From: Eledone cirrhosa
Taxonomy: Eukaryota
Length of the DNA: 64,000 nt
Direction of reading: 5' to 3'
NCBI GenBank assembly: GCA_964016885.1
Contig: OZ024766.1
Coordinates: 9,796,001 to 9,860,000, forward strand
In this document: positions 41,201 through 55,975 of the stretch, in pieces
Position numbering within the stretch: position 1 is the first letter of the stretch
Layout of the letters: the number at the start of each line of letters is the position of its first letter
Notes under the pieces: generated by a model
Told to the model about the DNA's origin: nothing
What the model saw: only the letters and a program-made list of their open reading frames with translations
Databases searched by the model: none
Made by a program: the position numbers and the translations under genes

Positions 41201-44200
41201 ACTGTAAAGTGGTCATGTAGGTGTCACGACAAAAAGGACCCAGTCCACACTGTAAAGTGGTCATGTAGGTGTCACGACAAAAAGCACCCAGTCCACACTG
41301 TAAAGTGGTCATGTAGGTGTCACGACAAAAAGGACCCAGTCCACACTGTAAAGTGGTCATGTAGGTGTCACAACAAAAAGACACCCAGTCCACACTGTAA
41401 AGTGGTCATGTAGGTGTCACAACAAAAAGCACCCAGTCCACACTGTAAAGTGGTCATGTAGGTGTCACAACAAAAAGCACCCAGTCCACACTGTAAAGTG
41501 GTCATGTAGGTGTCACGACAAAAAAGGACCCAGTCCACACTGTAAAGTGGTCATGTAGGTGTCACAACAAAAAGACACCCAGTCCACACTGTAAAGTGGT
41601 CATGTAGGTGTCACGACAAAAAGCACCCAGTCCACACTGTAAAGTGGTCATGTAGGTGTCACGACAAAAAGGACCCAGTCCACACTGTAAAGTGGTCATG
41701 TAGGTGTCACAACAAAAAGACACCCAGTCCACACTGTAAAGTGGTCATGTAGGTGTCACAACAAAAAGACACCCAGTCCACACTGTAAAGTGGTCATGTA
41801 GGTGTCATGACAAAAAGCACCCAGTCCACACTGTAAAGAGGTCATGTAGGTGTCACGACAAAAAGCACCCAGTCCTCACTGTAAATGTGGTCATGTAGGT
41901 GTCACGACAAAAAGGACCCAGTCCACACTGTAAAGTGGTCATGTAGGTGTCATGACAAAAAGCACCCAGTCCACACTGTAAAGTGGTCGTCTAGGTGTCA
42001 CAACAAAAAGCACCCAGTCCACACTGTAAAGTGGTCATGTAGGTGTCACGACAAAAAGGACCCAGTCCACACTGTAAAGTGGTCATGTAGGTGTCACGAC
42101 AAAAAGCACCCAGTCCACACTGTAAAGTGGTCATGTAGGTGTCACGACAAAAAGGACCCAGTCCACACTGTAAAGTGGTCATGTAGGTGTCACGACAAAA
42201 AGCACCCAGTCCACACTGTAAAGTGGTCATGTAGGTGTCACGACAAAAAGCACCCAGTCCACACTGTAAAGTGGTCATGTAGGTGTCACGACAAAAAGGA
42301 CCCAGTCCACACTGTAAAGTGGTCATGTAGGTGTCACGACAAAAAGCACCCAGTCCACACTGTAAAGTGGTCATGTAGGTGTCACGACAAAAAGGACCCA
42401 GTCCACACTGTAAAGTGGTCATGTAGGTGTCACAACAAAAAGACACCCAGTCCACACTGTAAAGTGGTCATGTAGGTGTCACAACAAAAAGCACCCAGTC
42501 CACACTGTAAAGTGGTCATGTAGGTGTCACAACAAAAAGCACCCAGTCCACACTGTAAAGTGGTCATGTAGGTGTCACGACAAAAAGGACCCAGTCCACA
42601 CTGTAAAGTGGTCATGTAGGTGTCACAACAAAAAGACACCCAGTCCACACTGTAAAGTGGTCATGTAGGTGTCACGACAAAAAGGACCCAGTCCACACTG
42701 TAAAGTGGTCATGTAGGTGTCACAACAAAAAGACACCCAGTCCACACTGTAAAGTGGTCATGTAGGTGTCACAACAAAAAGACACCCAGTCCACACTGTA
42801 AAGTGGTCATGTAGGTGTCATGACAAAAAGCACCCAGTCCACACTGTAAAGAGGTCATGTAGGTGTCACGACAAAAAGCACCCAGTCCTCACTGTAAATG
42901 TGGTTGGTGTTAGGAAGGGCATCCAGCCATAGAAAACCTGCCAGAAACAGTCCTATACGAGTGAGACACGGTCACTCGACCAATCTTGCCTCAAGTGGGA
43001 CAAACCCGTCCAACCCATGCTAGCGTGGAAGATAGACGTTAAACGATGATGAAGAAGAGGTTCCTAATTTAAGCACAAGGTAAACAATTTGTTATAGTTA
43101 AATCGACCCAAGTGCATTACAGGTACTTTATTTTATCAACTCCATAAGGATGAAAGGCAGAGCTAAACACAGCAAAATTTGACTGGGGTTAGCCTTCCAC
43201 CTCCTCTACACTGAATAGTCACCAATGTTTTTCATTAATCCCCAGAAATTCTACCAGAACTATTTTAACACTGATGAAGAGAAGGTAAACAAACTGTTTG
43301 AATGTGCAGAGAGAGAAGGGGTCACTGTGAAAAAACGGTGAGTTCTTTTACCCTTGTTATCATTAACAGTTGTAGCCCTGAGTTTTCTTACGACATACAG
43401 AAACACACACACACACACTCTCTCTCTCTCTCACTGTATTTTTCTCTCAACAACAACCTGTCAATTATAGTGATGTTATTAATATTACCATTACTAGTTG
43501 AAGCCCTGGGTTTTCTTATGACATATAGAAACACACATACGTTTTTTCCGCACATGTTGACAGACTTGTACTTAAAATTCCTAGTGTGGTGATAACTGTC
43601 TCTACTTATCTGTGGTGACAACTCTCTCTACCTATCTATCTATGTCTCATAAACACACACACTCTCTCTCTCTCTCAACAATAGCAACTTTTGCTTTTTC
43701 TTGAAACATTTCAATTCTATCTATCTTTCACACACACTGTATTCCTGTGTTTTCAATTAAAACTCTTATTGTGGTGACAACTCTCTCTACCTTTCTATCT
43801 CTCACACAATTACACACACTCTCTCTCAATAACAACAACCATCTGTCATTTTTTAAAAGTCTGTGTCATGTTGTTGTCTATATGTTGAAGGACACACAGA
43901 AACAAACAACAAACTGTTTTTTTTTCTTCCTTGAAACAAATTTTTAATTTCATTTATCATTCACACACACACACTCTCTCTCTCTCACTGTATTTCTATC
44001 TCAACAACAACCAGCTTTCATTAAAGTGGATTGGCAGTATCGGTAGAGGGTCGGACACCATGCTTTCCAGCATAGTTACGTCCCTTTACAATCTGAGTTC
44101 AAATCCCGCCGAGGTTAACTTTGCCTTTCATCCTTACGGGGTCGATAAAATAAAGTACCAGTAATACACTGGGTAATTGCTGGCCTTGTGCCTAAAGTAG

Positions 44201-47200
44201 AAACAATTATAGTGAAAGTCTTTTTTAAAATCTGTGTTGCTGTTGTCTATTTGTTGACCAACATACAGATACACACACAAACAACACCCATAAAAATCTG
44301 TTTTCTCACTCACTCTCTTTCTCTCTCTCTCTCTCTCTCACTGTATTTTCCTCTCAACAACAACCTGTCATAGTGATGTTATCATTAAATATTATTACTC
44401 ATTGTAGCCCGGTTTTCCTTGGGACATATAGAAAGACATACATGTTTTTTTTCCACATGTGTTAACAGACTTGTACTTAAAATGTTTAGTGTGGTGACAA
44501 CTCTCTCTACCTAATACACATCTTTCTTCTCTACAGATCTGTCGATCTCTCAGTTATCCTCCATCACCTCAGTACCGGTAATATCCTCATCTGTCTAGTT
44601 GACTCCCATTTACTCAAGAGAAACAGCATTTCAGAGGTGAGGGTCACGAGTTTTCTTTTTAAACCCAGTGTCTGCTGCTATCTCTAGTATGTCTAGCTAC
44701 CATGTAGAGGCTTTCTTTATGTATTCTGTGTCTTGACATTTATTTTGAGAACAATACCTTAACATCAGTATAAGCAGCTGGCTATGGCCAGTTTGAACAG
44801 AAATAGGTGAGAGAATTCTGGCTAGATACAGCCGGTTTAACCCTTTACCATTTACATTACTTTATATATACTATTGTATTTTCTCAGTAAAGGCTTTACC
44901 TCACATAATATCTCACATAACATTTACATTACTCTATATATACTATTGTATTTTCACAGTAAAGGCTTTACCTCACATAATATCTCACATAGCATTTACA
45001 TTACTCTATATATACTATTGTATTTTCACAGTAAAGGCTTTACCTCACATAATATCTCACATAACATTTACATTACTCTATATATACTATTGTATTTTCA
45101 CAGTAAAGGCTTTACCTCACATAATATCTCACATAACATTTACATTACTCTATATATACTATTGTATTTTCACAGTAAAGGCTTTACCTCACATAATATC
45201 TCACATAACATTTACATTACTCTATATATACTATTGTATTTTCACAGTAAAGGCTTTACCTCACATAATATCTCACATAACATTTACATTACTCTATATA
45301 TACTATTGTATTTTCACAGTAAAGGCTTTACCTCACATAATATCTCACATAACATTTACATTACTCTATATATACTATTGTATTTTCACAGTAAAGGCTT
45401 TACCTCACATAATTATGTAAATGTGTATATATATAAATATTTAATGCAGAATAAAAAGAAGGTTGTTAATCTCAATTGTTTTCCAACAGAGTCGTGCCAA
45501 TACATATAAACAACGAAACAATTACAATCCTATATCAAAATAATGGCCGCTCTAAGTGTTGTGTTTTGAAACGCAATTTTATCAGAGTATTTTAATTATA
45601 TTTTAGGTTGAATTTCGACATACTTAATAATTGATGTATGCCCTTTAATAATTTAATACTTATTTCAGATAAAAAACATTCTTGAAGCATAGGCGCCCTT
45701 AATTATAAACATGACAAAAAAGGACCTTCGCTTCCTTTTCTTGCATGAGTTCAAGTTTAGGCACAATACCTCCCAAACAGCTGCCAATATCAACAGAGCA
45801 TGGGGAGAGGGGTCCACAAGTGATCACACAGTACAAAGGGGCTGCCAATATCAACAGAGCCTGGGAGAGGGGTCCACAAGTGATCACACAGTACAAAGGG
45901 GGCTGCCAATATCAACAGAGCATGGGGAGAGGGGTCCACAAGTGACCACACAGTACGAAGAGGGCTGCCAATATCAACAGAGCCTGGGGAGAGGGGTTCA
46001 AGTGATCACACAGTACAAAGGGGGCTGCCAATATCAACAGAGCCTGGGGAGAGGGGTCCACAAGTGACCACACAGTACAAAGGGGGCTGCCAATATCAAC
46101 AGAGCCTAGGGAGAGGGGTCCACAAGGGATCACACAGTACAAAGGGGGCTGCCAATATCAACAGAGCATGGGGAGAGGGGTCCACAAGTGACCACACAGT
46201 ACAAAGGGGGCTGCCAATATCAACAGAGCCTAGGGAGAGGGGTCCACAAGGGATCACACAGTACAAAGGGGGCTGCCAATATCAACAGAGCCTGGGGAGA
46301 GAGGGTCCACAAGGGATCACACAGTACAAAGGGGGCTGCCAATATCAACAAAGCATTGGGGGAGGGGTCCACAAGTGATCACACAGTACAAAGGGGGCTG
46401 CCAATATCAACAGAGCCTGGGGAGAGGGGTCCACAAGTGATCACACAGTACAAAGGGGGCTGCCAATATCAACAAGACATGGGGAGAGGGGTTCAAATGA
46501 TCACACAGTACAAAGGGGGCTGCCAATATCAACAGAGCCTGGGGAGAGGGGTTCAAATGATCACACAGTACAAAGGGGGCTGCCAATATCAACAAGACAT
46601 GGGGAGAGGGGTCCACAAGTGACCACACAGTACAAAGGGGGCTGCCAATATCAACAGAGCCTGGGGAGAGGGGTCCACAAGTGATCACAGAGTACAAAGG
46701 GGGCTGCCAATATCAACAGAGCCTGGGGAGAGGGGTCCACAAGTGATCACACAGTACAAAGGGGGCTGCCAATATCAACAGAGCCTGGGGAGAGGGGTCC
46801 ACAAGTGATCACACAGTACAAAGGGGGCTGCCAATATCAACAGAGCCTGGGGAGAGGGGTCCACAAGTGATCACACAGTACGAAGGGGGCTGCCAATATC
46901 AACAGAGCCTGGGGAGAGGGGTCCACAAGTGACCACACAGTACAAAGGGGGCTGCCAATATCAACAGAGCCTGGGGAGAGGGGTCCACAAGTGATCACAC
47001 AGTACAAAGGGGGCTGCCAATATCAACAGAGCCTGGGGAGAGGGGTCCACAAGTGATCACACAGTACGAAGGGGGTTTCAGGAATTCCGTAGTGGTGATG
47101 AGAGCCTTGAAGACGAAGGTGGAGGACAGTGATGCAGTCTTGACAATGAACAATTGAAAGCATTTGTTGAACAAAACCCACGTCAAAATGTCAGAGAAAT

Positions 47201-50120
47201 GTCTCAGGCACTTGGTGTTGGTATTGCAACGGTCTCACGCTGTCATCATCATCACTGTTTTACGTCCGTTCTTCCACGCTAGCATGGGTTAGACGGGTTG
47301 TCCAGTCGGCTGACCATGCCTTGCTCATACGGCAACTGATTCTGGCTTGATTTCTACAGCTGGATGCCCTTCCTAACACCAACCTCATTTACAGTGAGTG
47401 CTGGGTGCTTTTTTTTTTCCGTGGCGCCTCCACGACCACTTTACTGTGTGGGCTGGGTGCTTTGTTTACCATGGCACCTCCATGACCACTTTACAGTGTG
47501 GGCTGGGTGCTTTTTTTGCCGTGGTACCTCCACGACCACTTTATAGTGTGGGCTGGGTGCTTTTTTTCCGTGGCGCCTACACGACCACTTTACAGTGAGG
47601 GCTGGATGCTTTTATGCCGTGGCACCTCTACGACCACTTTACAGTGTGGGCTGGGTGCTTTTTAGCCGTGGCCCCTACACGTCCACTTTATAGTGTGGGC
47701 TGGGTGCTTTTTCCGTGGCGCCTACACGACCACTTTACAGTGTGGGCTGGGTGCTTTTTCCGTGGCGCCTCCACGACCACTTTACTGTGTGGGCTGGGTG
47801 CTTTTTTTACCGTGGCACCTCCACGACCACTTTACAGTGTGGGCTGGGTGCTTTTTTTGCCGTGGCACCTCCACGACCACTTTACAGTGTGGGCTGGGTG
47901 CTTTTTCCGTGGTCCCTACACGTCCACTTTATAGTGTGGGCTGGGTGCTTTTTTTCCGTGGCGCCTACACGACCACTTTACAGTGAGGGCTGGATGCTTT
48001 TATGCCGTGGCACCTCTACGACCACTTTACAGTGTGGGCTGGGTGCTTTTTAGCCGTGGCCCCTACACGTCCACTTTATAGTGTGGGCTGGGTGTTTTTT
48101 CCGTGTTTTTTCCGTGTTTTTTGTATTTTCACAGTAAAGGCTTTACCTCACATAATATCTCACATAACAGGGGTTCAAGTGATCACACAGTACAAAGGGG
48201 GCTGCCAATATCAACAGAGCCTGGGGAGAGGGGTCCACAAGTGATCACACAGTACAAAGGGGGCTGCCAATATCAACAGAGCCTGGGGAGAGGGGTCCAC
48301 AAGTGATCACACAGTACAAAGGGGGCTGCCAATATCAACAGAGCCTGGGGAGAGGGGTCCACAAGTGATCACACAGTACGAAGGGGGCTGCCAATATCAA
48401 CAGAGCCTGGGGAGAGGGGTCCACAAGTGACCACACAGTACAAAGGGGGCTGCCAATATCAACAGAGCCTGGGGAGAGGGGTCCACAAGTGATCACACAG
48501 TACAAAGGGGGCTGCCAATATCAACAGAGCCTGGGGAGAGGGGTCCACAAGTGATCACACAGTACGAAGGGGGTTTCAGGAATTCCGTAGTGGTGATGAG
48601 AGCCTTGAAGACGAAGGTGGAGGACAGTGATGCAGTCTTGACAATGAACAATTGAAAGCATTTGTTGAACAAAACCCACGTCAAAATGTCAGAGAAATGT
48701 CTCAGGCACTTGGTGTTGGTATTGCAACGGTCTCACGCTGTCATCATCATCACTGTTTTACGTCCGTTCTTCCACGCTAGCATGGGTTAGACGGGTTGTC
48801 CAGTCGGCTGACCATGCCTTGCTCATACGGCAACTGATTCTGGCTTGATTTCTACAGCTGGATGCCCTTCCTAACACCAACCTCATTTACAGTGAGTGCT
48901 GGGTGCTTTTTTTTTTCCGTGGCGCCTCCACGACCACTTTACTGTGTGGGCTGGGTGCTTTGTTTACCATGGCACCTCCATGACCACTTTACAGTGTGGG
49001 CTGGGTGCTTTTTTTGCCGTGGTACCTCCACGACCACTTTATAGTGTGGGCTGGGTGCTTTTTTTCCGTGGCGCCTACACGACCACTTTACAGTGAGGGC
49101 TGGATGCTTTTATGCCGTGGCACCTCTACGACCACTTTACAGTGTGGGCTGGGTGCTTTTTAGCCGTGGCCCCTACACGTCCACTTTATAGTGTGGGCTG
49201 GGTGCTTTTTCCGTGGCGCCTACACGACCACTTTACAGTGTGGGCTGGGTGCTTTTTCCGTGGCGCCTCCACGACCACTTTACTGTGTGGGCTGGGTGCT
49301 TTTTTTACCGTGGCACCTCCACGACCACTTTACAGTGTGGGCTGGGTGCTTTTTTTGCCGTGGCACCTCCACGACCACTTTACAGTGTGGGCTGGGTGCT
49401 TTTTCCGTGGTCCCTACACGTCCACTTTATAGTGTGGGCTGGGTGCTTTTTTTCCGTGGCGCCTACACGACCACTTTACAGTGAGGGCTGGATGCTTTTA
49501 TGCCGTGGCACCTCTACGACCACTTTACAGTGTGGGCTGGGTGCTTTTTAGCCGTGGCCCCTACACGTCCACTTTATAGTGTGGGCTGGGTGTTTTTTCC
49601 GTGGCGCCTACACGACCACTTTACAGTGTGGGCTGGGTGCTTTTTCCGTGGCGCCTACACGACCACTTTACAGTGTGCGCTGGGTGCTTTTTTACCGTGG
49701 CCCCTACACGTCCACTTTACAGTGTGGGCTGGGTGCTTTTTTTGCCATGGCACCTCCACGACCACTTTACAGTGTGGGCTGGGTGCTTTTTTTGCCGTGG
49801 CACCTCCATGACCACTTTACAGTGTGGGCTGGGTGCTTTTTTTGCCGTGGCACCTCCACAACCACTTTACAGTGGAATGATAGGGACCCCAGTCCCTATC
49901 ATCTCATTTCTACAGCTGAGTAAACTGGAGCAATGTGAAATAAAGTGTCTTGCTCAAGGAAACAACACATCACCCGGTCTGAGAATTGAACTCACAACCT
50001 TTCGATTGCAAGGCCAATGCTCTAACCACTAAGCCATGTGCCTCCAGATGCTGTGCTGAATAGGACCTGTCCCACCCTGGCAAGCAGGGAAGATGATGAT
50101 ATATGTGTGTGTATGTATGT

Positions 50121-50167
<47 letters not shown>

Positions 50168-52562
50168 AATGTATATATAGAGAATATATGTATATAAAAG
50201 AAAATGTTAGGTATTGTTGACAATTTTCAAATATTTGACACTTTTATCTATATTTTGTCAGAAATATGGACAGCTGACAGATTTGAGGAGCAAATGTCAA
50301 TCTTATCAAGGTTAGTAGTTGTTGTTGTTACTGTTGGTGGGGGGTGGGGGACGGGGTGTTGGTGGGGGTGGTGGATGGGGTGTTGGTGGGGGTGGAGTGT
50401 TATCACTGTTGTTGGTGGGGGTGTTAGTGGTGGGGGTGTTAGTGGTTGTTGGTGGTAGTGGTGGGGGTGTTATCATCACTGTTGTTGGTGGGGGTGGTGG
50501 ACGGGGTGTTGGTGGGGGTGGAGTGTTATCACTGTTGTTGGTGGGGGTGTTAGTGGTGGGGGTGTTATCATCACTGTTGTTGGTGGGGGTGGTGGACGGG
50601 GTGTTGGTGGGGGTGGAGTGTTATCACTGTTGTTGGTGGGGGTGTTAGTGGTTGTTGGTGGTAGTGGTGGGGGTGTTATCATCACTGTTGTTGGTGGGGG
50701 TGGTGGACGGGGTGTTAGTGGTTGTTGCTGGTGGTGGCGGTGGGGGTGTTAGTGGCTGTTGGTGGTGGTGGGGGTGGTGTTATCATCACTGTTGGTGGTG
50801 GTGGGGGTGTTGCTACTGTTGTTGTTAGTAGTGTTCATGTTAACTACATTAAGGGTACATACGTCTTAGGAATACTCAGCCACTGTACAAGTAATTCAAG
50901 GAGCTATTCTTGTCACACAATGTGTCATGCTGAATCTCCCTGAGAACTATTACACCAGGGATATCAGCCATGCGGCCCATGTGGCTCTTTACATGTGGGA
51001 TATCACACATGTGGCCCCCACAAAGGTTTTTACAGCGCAAGCGTGTTTTATCTTCGTAATATAAAATAAAAAAAATTAATTGTAATGTGCAGTTAGGTGT
51101 CATGTGTGACCCTCAGACAACACATGTGTGACCCATGTGGCCCTCAGACAACACATGTGGCACTCAGACAACACATGTGTGACCCATGTGGCCCTCAGAC
51201 AACACATGTGTGACACATGTGGCCTTCAGACAACACATGTGTGACATGTGGCCCTCAGACAACACATGTCTAACATGTGGCACGCGGACAACACACGTGT
51301 GACACATGTGGCACTCAGACAACACGTGTGTGGCACTCAGACAACACCTGTGTGACCCTCAAACAACACATGTGGCACTCAGACAACACCTGTGTGACCC
51401 TCAGACAACACATGTGGCACTCAGACAACACCTGTGTGACCCTCAGACAACACATGTGGCACTCAGACAACACCTGTGTGACCCTCAGACAATACATGTG
51501 GCCCTCAGATAACACCTGTGTGACCCATGTTACCCTCAGTTTGAAATGCCTACCTCACATGGTCTGAATAGCACTACTACTACTACTACCACCACCACTA
51601 CCACACTGACTTACCTCCACCACCACCACAACCACCACAACACTAACTTACCACCACCACTACCACACTAACTTACCTCCACCACCACCACCACAACACT
51701 AACTTACCACCACCACCACCACCACACTAACTTACCACCACCACCACCACCACCACAACACTAACTTACAACCACCACCACCACAACACTAACTTACCAC
51801 CACCACCACCACAACACTAACTTACTCCCACACCACCACCACCACCACCACAACACTAACTTACAACCACCACCACCACAACACTAACTTACCTCCACCA
51901 CCACCACCACACTGACTTACCACCACCACTACCACACTAACATACCACCACCACCACCACAACACTAACTTACCACCACCACCACCACCACACTAACTTA
52001 CCCCCACACCACCACCACCACCACCACAACACTAACTTACCACCACCACTACACTAACTTACCTCCACCACCACCACAACACTAACTTACCTCCACCACC
52101 ACCACCACACTAACTTACCCCCCCACACCACCACCACCACCACCACACTAACTTACCCTCACACCACCACCACAACACTAACTTACCTCCACCACCACCA
52201 CAACACTAACTTACCACCACCACCACTACCACACTAACTTACCTCCACCACCACAACACTAACTTACCCCCACACCACCACCACCACCACCACAACACTA
52301 ACTTACCCCCACACCACCACCACCACCACATCTAATACATTATTCCTCTTCTCTTCTGTATTCCACTACTACCACTACAACTGTGACCTCTCACCTCCTC
52401 CTCCAAAGGTCACTTTATAGTGCTATGTGGCTACAACAGAACCAAACAACAGATCTTCTACAAGAACACATCTTTTAGACATGGTAAGTGATACACTTCT
52501 TATATATATGTATATATATATGTGTGTGTGTGTGTGCGTGCGTATATATGTATATACGTGTA

Positions 52563-52606
<44 letters not shown>

Positions 52607-52825
52607 TACGTTATTCCGGGTTGAATCGGAGGTAACAACAGTAAGTAAGGTACTCAATACATTGCAGAGCATAAAAGTTTTAATATAGATGAGATTCTAC
52701 AGGACTAGAACTGTTTCATTCTTTAGAAATCATCAGGAATCCCTTATGATTTCTAATCAGAGATTCCTGATGATTTCTAAAGAATGAAACTGTTCTAGTC
52801 CTGTAGAATCTCATCTATATTAAAA

Positions 52826-52902
<77 letters not shown>

Positions 52903-53291
52903 ATTTGTTGGGATTCCAACAAACTTAAAAGTTTATAACTGATATAGAGCACTCAACAGTGAAATGGAGTGAATATTCAATGATATTAAATAAATGGAAA
53001 CTATATTTATAAAACCATAATTATTTTATTATATCTATTTCAAGGGCAACCAAGGCAGTTTTGGTGCGCTTTCATCAGATAAAATACAAAATTTGTTTTA
53101 TAAATAGTGACATAACCGTGGAAAACAACCTTGACGGTTGAAAATTCATTGAAAATTCACTATCCAGCGAATTTTCCACGGTTATGTCACTATATATAAA
53201 ACAAATTTTGTATTTTATCTGATGAAAGCGCACCAAGATGGCCTTGATTGCCCTTGAAATATATATAATAAAATAATTATGGTTTATATAT

Positions 53292-53336
<45 letters not shown>

Positions 53337-54947
53337 CAACATCACAACTTACAATTAAGGACAAAATGAAAACACACACATAGAACAACCAACCAGTAAC
53401 ATGTAAATAAACAAATATAAACACACACAGACACCCGGATGTAACACATGCGCAAACTAAGCACACAACATACACAAAAACAAGATGGCGTAGAACAGAA
53501 CAAAGGAGAGGCACAAAAACAAAGAAAAGAAAAGAATCCCCAGTCACTGAAGAGGTCACAGAATGTGTGACGAAAGAACTTTGACAATATATGAACAACC
53601 GTCTGGTTGTGGAACCAACCGACCAACCGGAAATTTATAAATTCTTAAATTTATAATAAATTGAAGTTAAAGCAACTGGTGCGTGTGTTTCTTATTGGCA
53701 ACATGACCCTCCCAAAGTATAATAATATCGGTTTCAACACACGTTTTCAGATAAAGAATCTTGCTAAACAAATTCAGAAACCATATATATATATATACAT
53801 ACATACATACATACATACATACGGTGGCTGCCAACTCGTTTTCGAGTACGGCCACTACTTTATATCCATGTAGGAAAACCCCTACCAATGGGCTGAACGA
53901 GTGTGATTTTTAGTCCAGCCAGCGACTTGAAAACTCTGGTACAAACACTACACTTGTGACAATTATTGACACATAGTGCTGGGCCCATGGTACCATGTGA
54001 CGACAAGTGCAGAGAGATCTCCAAATATAAAGCAATGCCTGTGCCGTGAAGCTTTTATAGTGAGCAAAAGCACTGCACAAAGCCAGCCCACTCTCTTAAC
54101 CAAGATGATATTTACCAAAAAGAAGAACAAGTCAACATCATTGGATACCATCAGGGTTACAGGTGTTATATCAGAGTTTTCCTTCTCCTAGAATTCTGCC
54201 TTGACAAAGGCTAAGGGGTCATCTCTCCCAGTGATTTTGGATGGCCATTGACTCTTAAGAGCTCCTTTGCCCTTTGACATACATATATACATACATACAT
54301 ATATACATACATACATACATACATATATATATACATGGTGGCTGCCAACTCGTTTTCGAGTACGGCCACTACTTTATATCCATGTAGGAGAACCCCTACC
54401 GATGCGCTGAACGAATGTGACTTTTTAGTCCAGTCAGCGACTTGAAAACTCTGGTACAAAGACTACACTTGTGACCATTATTGACACATAGTGCAGGGCC
54501 CATGGTACCATGTGATGACAAGTGCAGAGAGATCTCCAGATATAAAGCAATGCCTGTGCTGTGAAGCTTTTATAGTGAGCAAAGGCACTGCACAAAGCCA
54601 GTCCCACTCTCTTAACCAAGATGATATTTACCAAAAAGAAGAACAAGTCAACATCATTGGATACCATCAGGGTTGCAGGTGTTATATCAGAGTTTTCCTT
54701 CTCCTAGAATTCTGCCTTGACAAAGGCTAAGGGGTCATCTCTCCCAGTGATTTTGGATGGCTATTGACTCTTAAGAGCTCCTTTGCGCTTTGATACATAC
54801 ATATATATATACATACATATATATATACATACATATATATATACATACATATATATATACATACATATATATATACATACATATATATATACATACATAT
54901 ATATATACATACATATATATATATACATACATATATATATATACATA

Positions 54948-55013
<66 letters not shown>

Positions 55014-55489
55014 CATAAATATATATATATACATATATATATATACATATATATATATACATATATATATATACATATATATACATACATATATACATAC
55101 ATACATATATATATACATACATATATATATACATACATATATATATACATATATATATATACATATATATATATACATATATATATATACATATATATAT
55201 ATACATATATATACATACATATATATATACATATATATATACATACATATATATATACATACATATATATATACATACATATATATATACATACATATAT
55301 ATATACATACATATATATATACATACATATATATATATATACATACATATATATATACATACATATATATATACATACATATATATATATATACATACAT
55401 ATATATATACATACATATATATATACATACATATATATATACATACATATATATATATACATACATATATATATATATATACATACATA

Positions 55490-55530
<41 letters not shown>

Positions 55531-55587
55531 ATACATACATATATATATATATACATATATATATATGCATACATATATATATATATA

Positions 55588-55641
<54 letters not shown>

Positions 55642-55648
55642 TACATAC

Positions 55649-55681
<33 letters not shown>

Positions 55682-55690
55682 TATACATAC

Positions 55691-55723
<33 letters not shown>

Positions 55724-55765
55724 TATACATACATATATATATGTATATATATATACATACATATA

Positions 55766-55833
<68 letters not shown>

Positions 55834-55838
55834 CATAC

Positions 55839-55873
<35 letters not shown>

Positions 55874-55876
55874 TAC

Positions 55877-55975
<99 letters not shown>

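Noticed and set aside
39040-42900. CRISPR-like regular arrays (also 9985-11145 and 35698-36591)
   Set aside because: No unique spacers, no cas genes, and a eukaryotic context; these are head-to-tail tandem repeats
43272-43300. ctgatga hammerhead-like core
   Set aside because: Encodes TDE in a GUCD1 exon; no supporting stems
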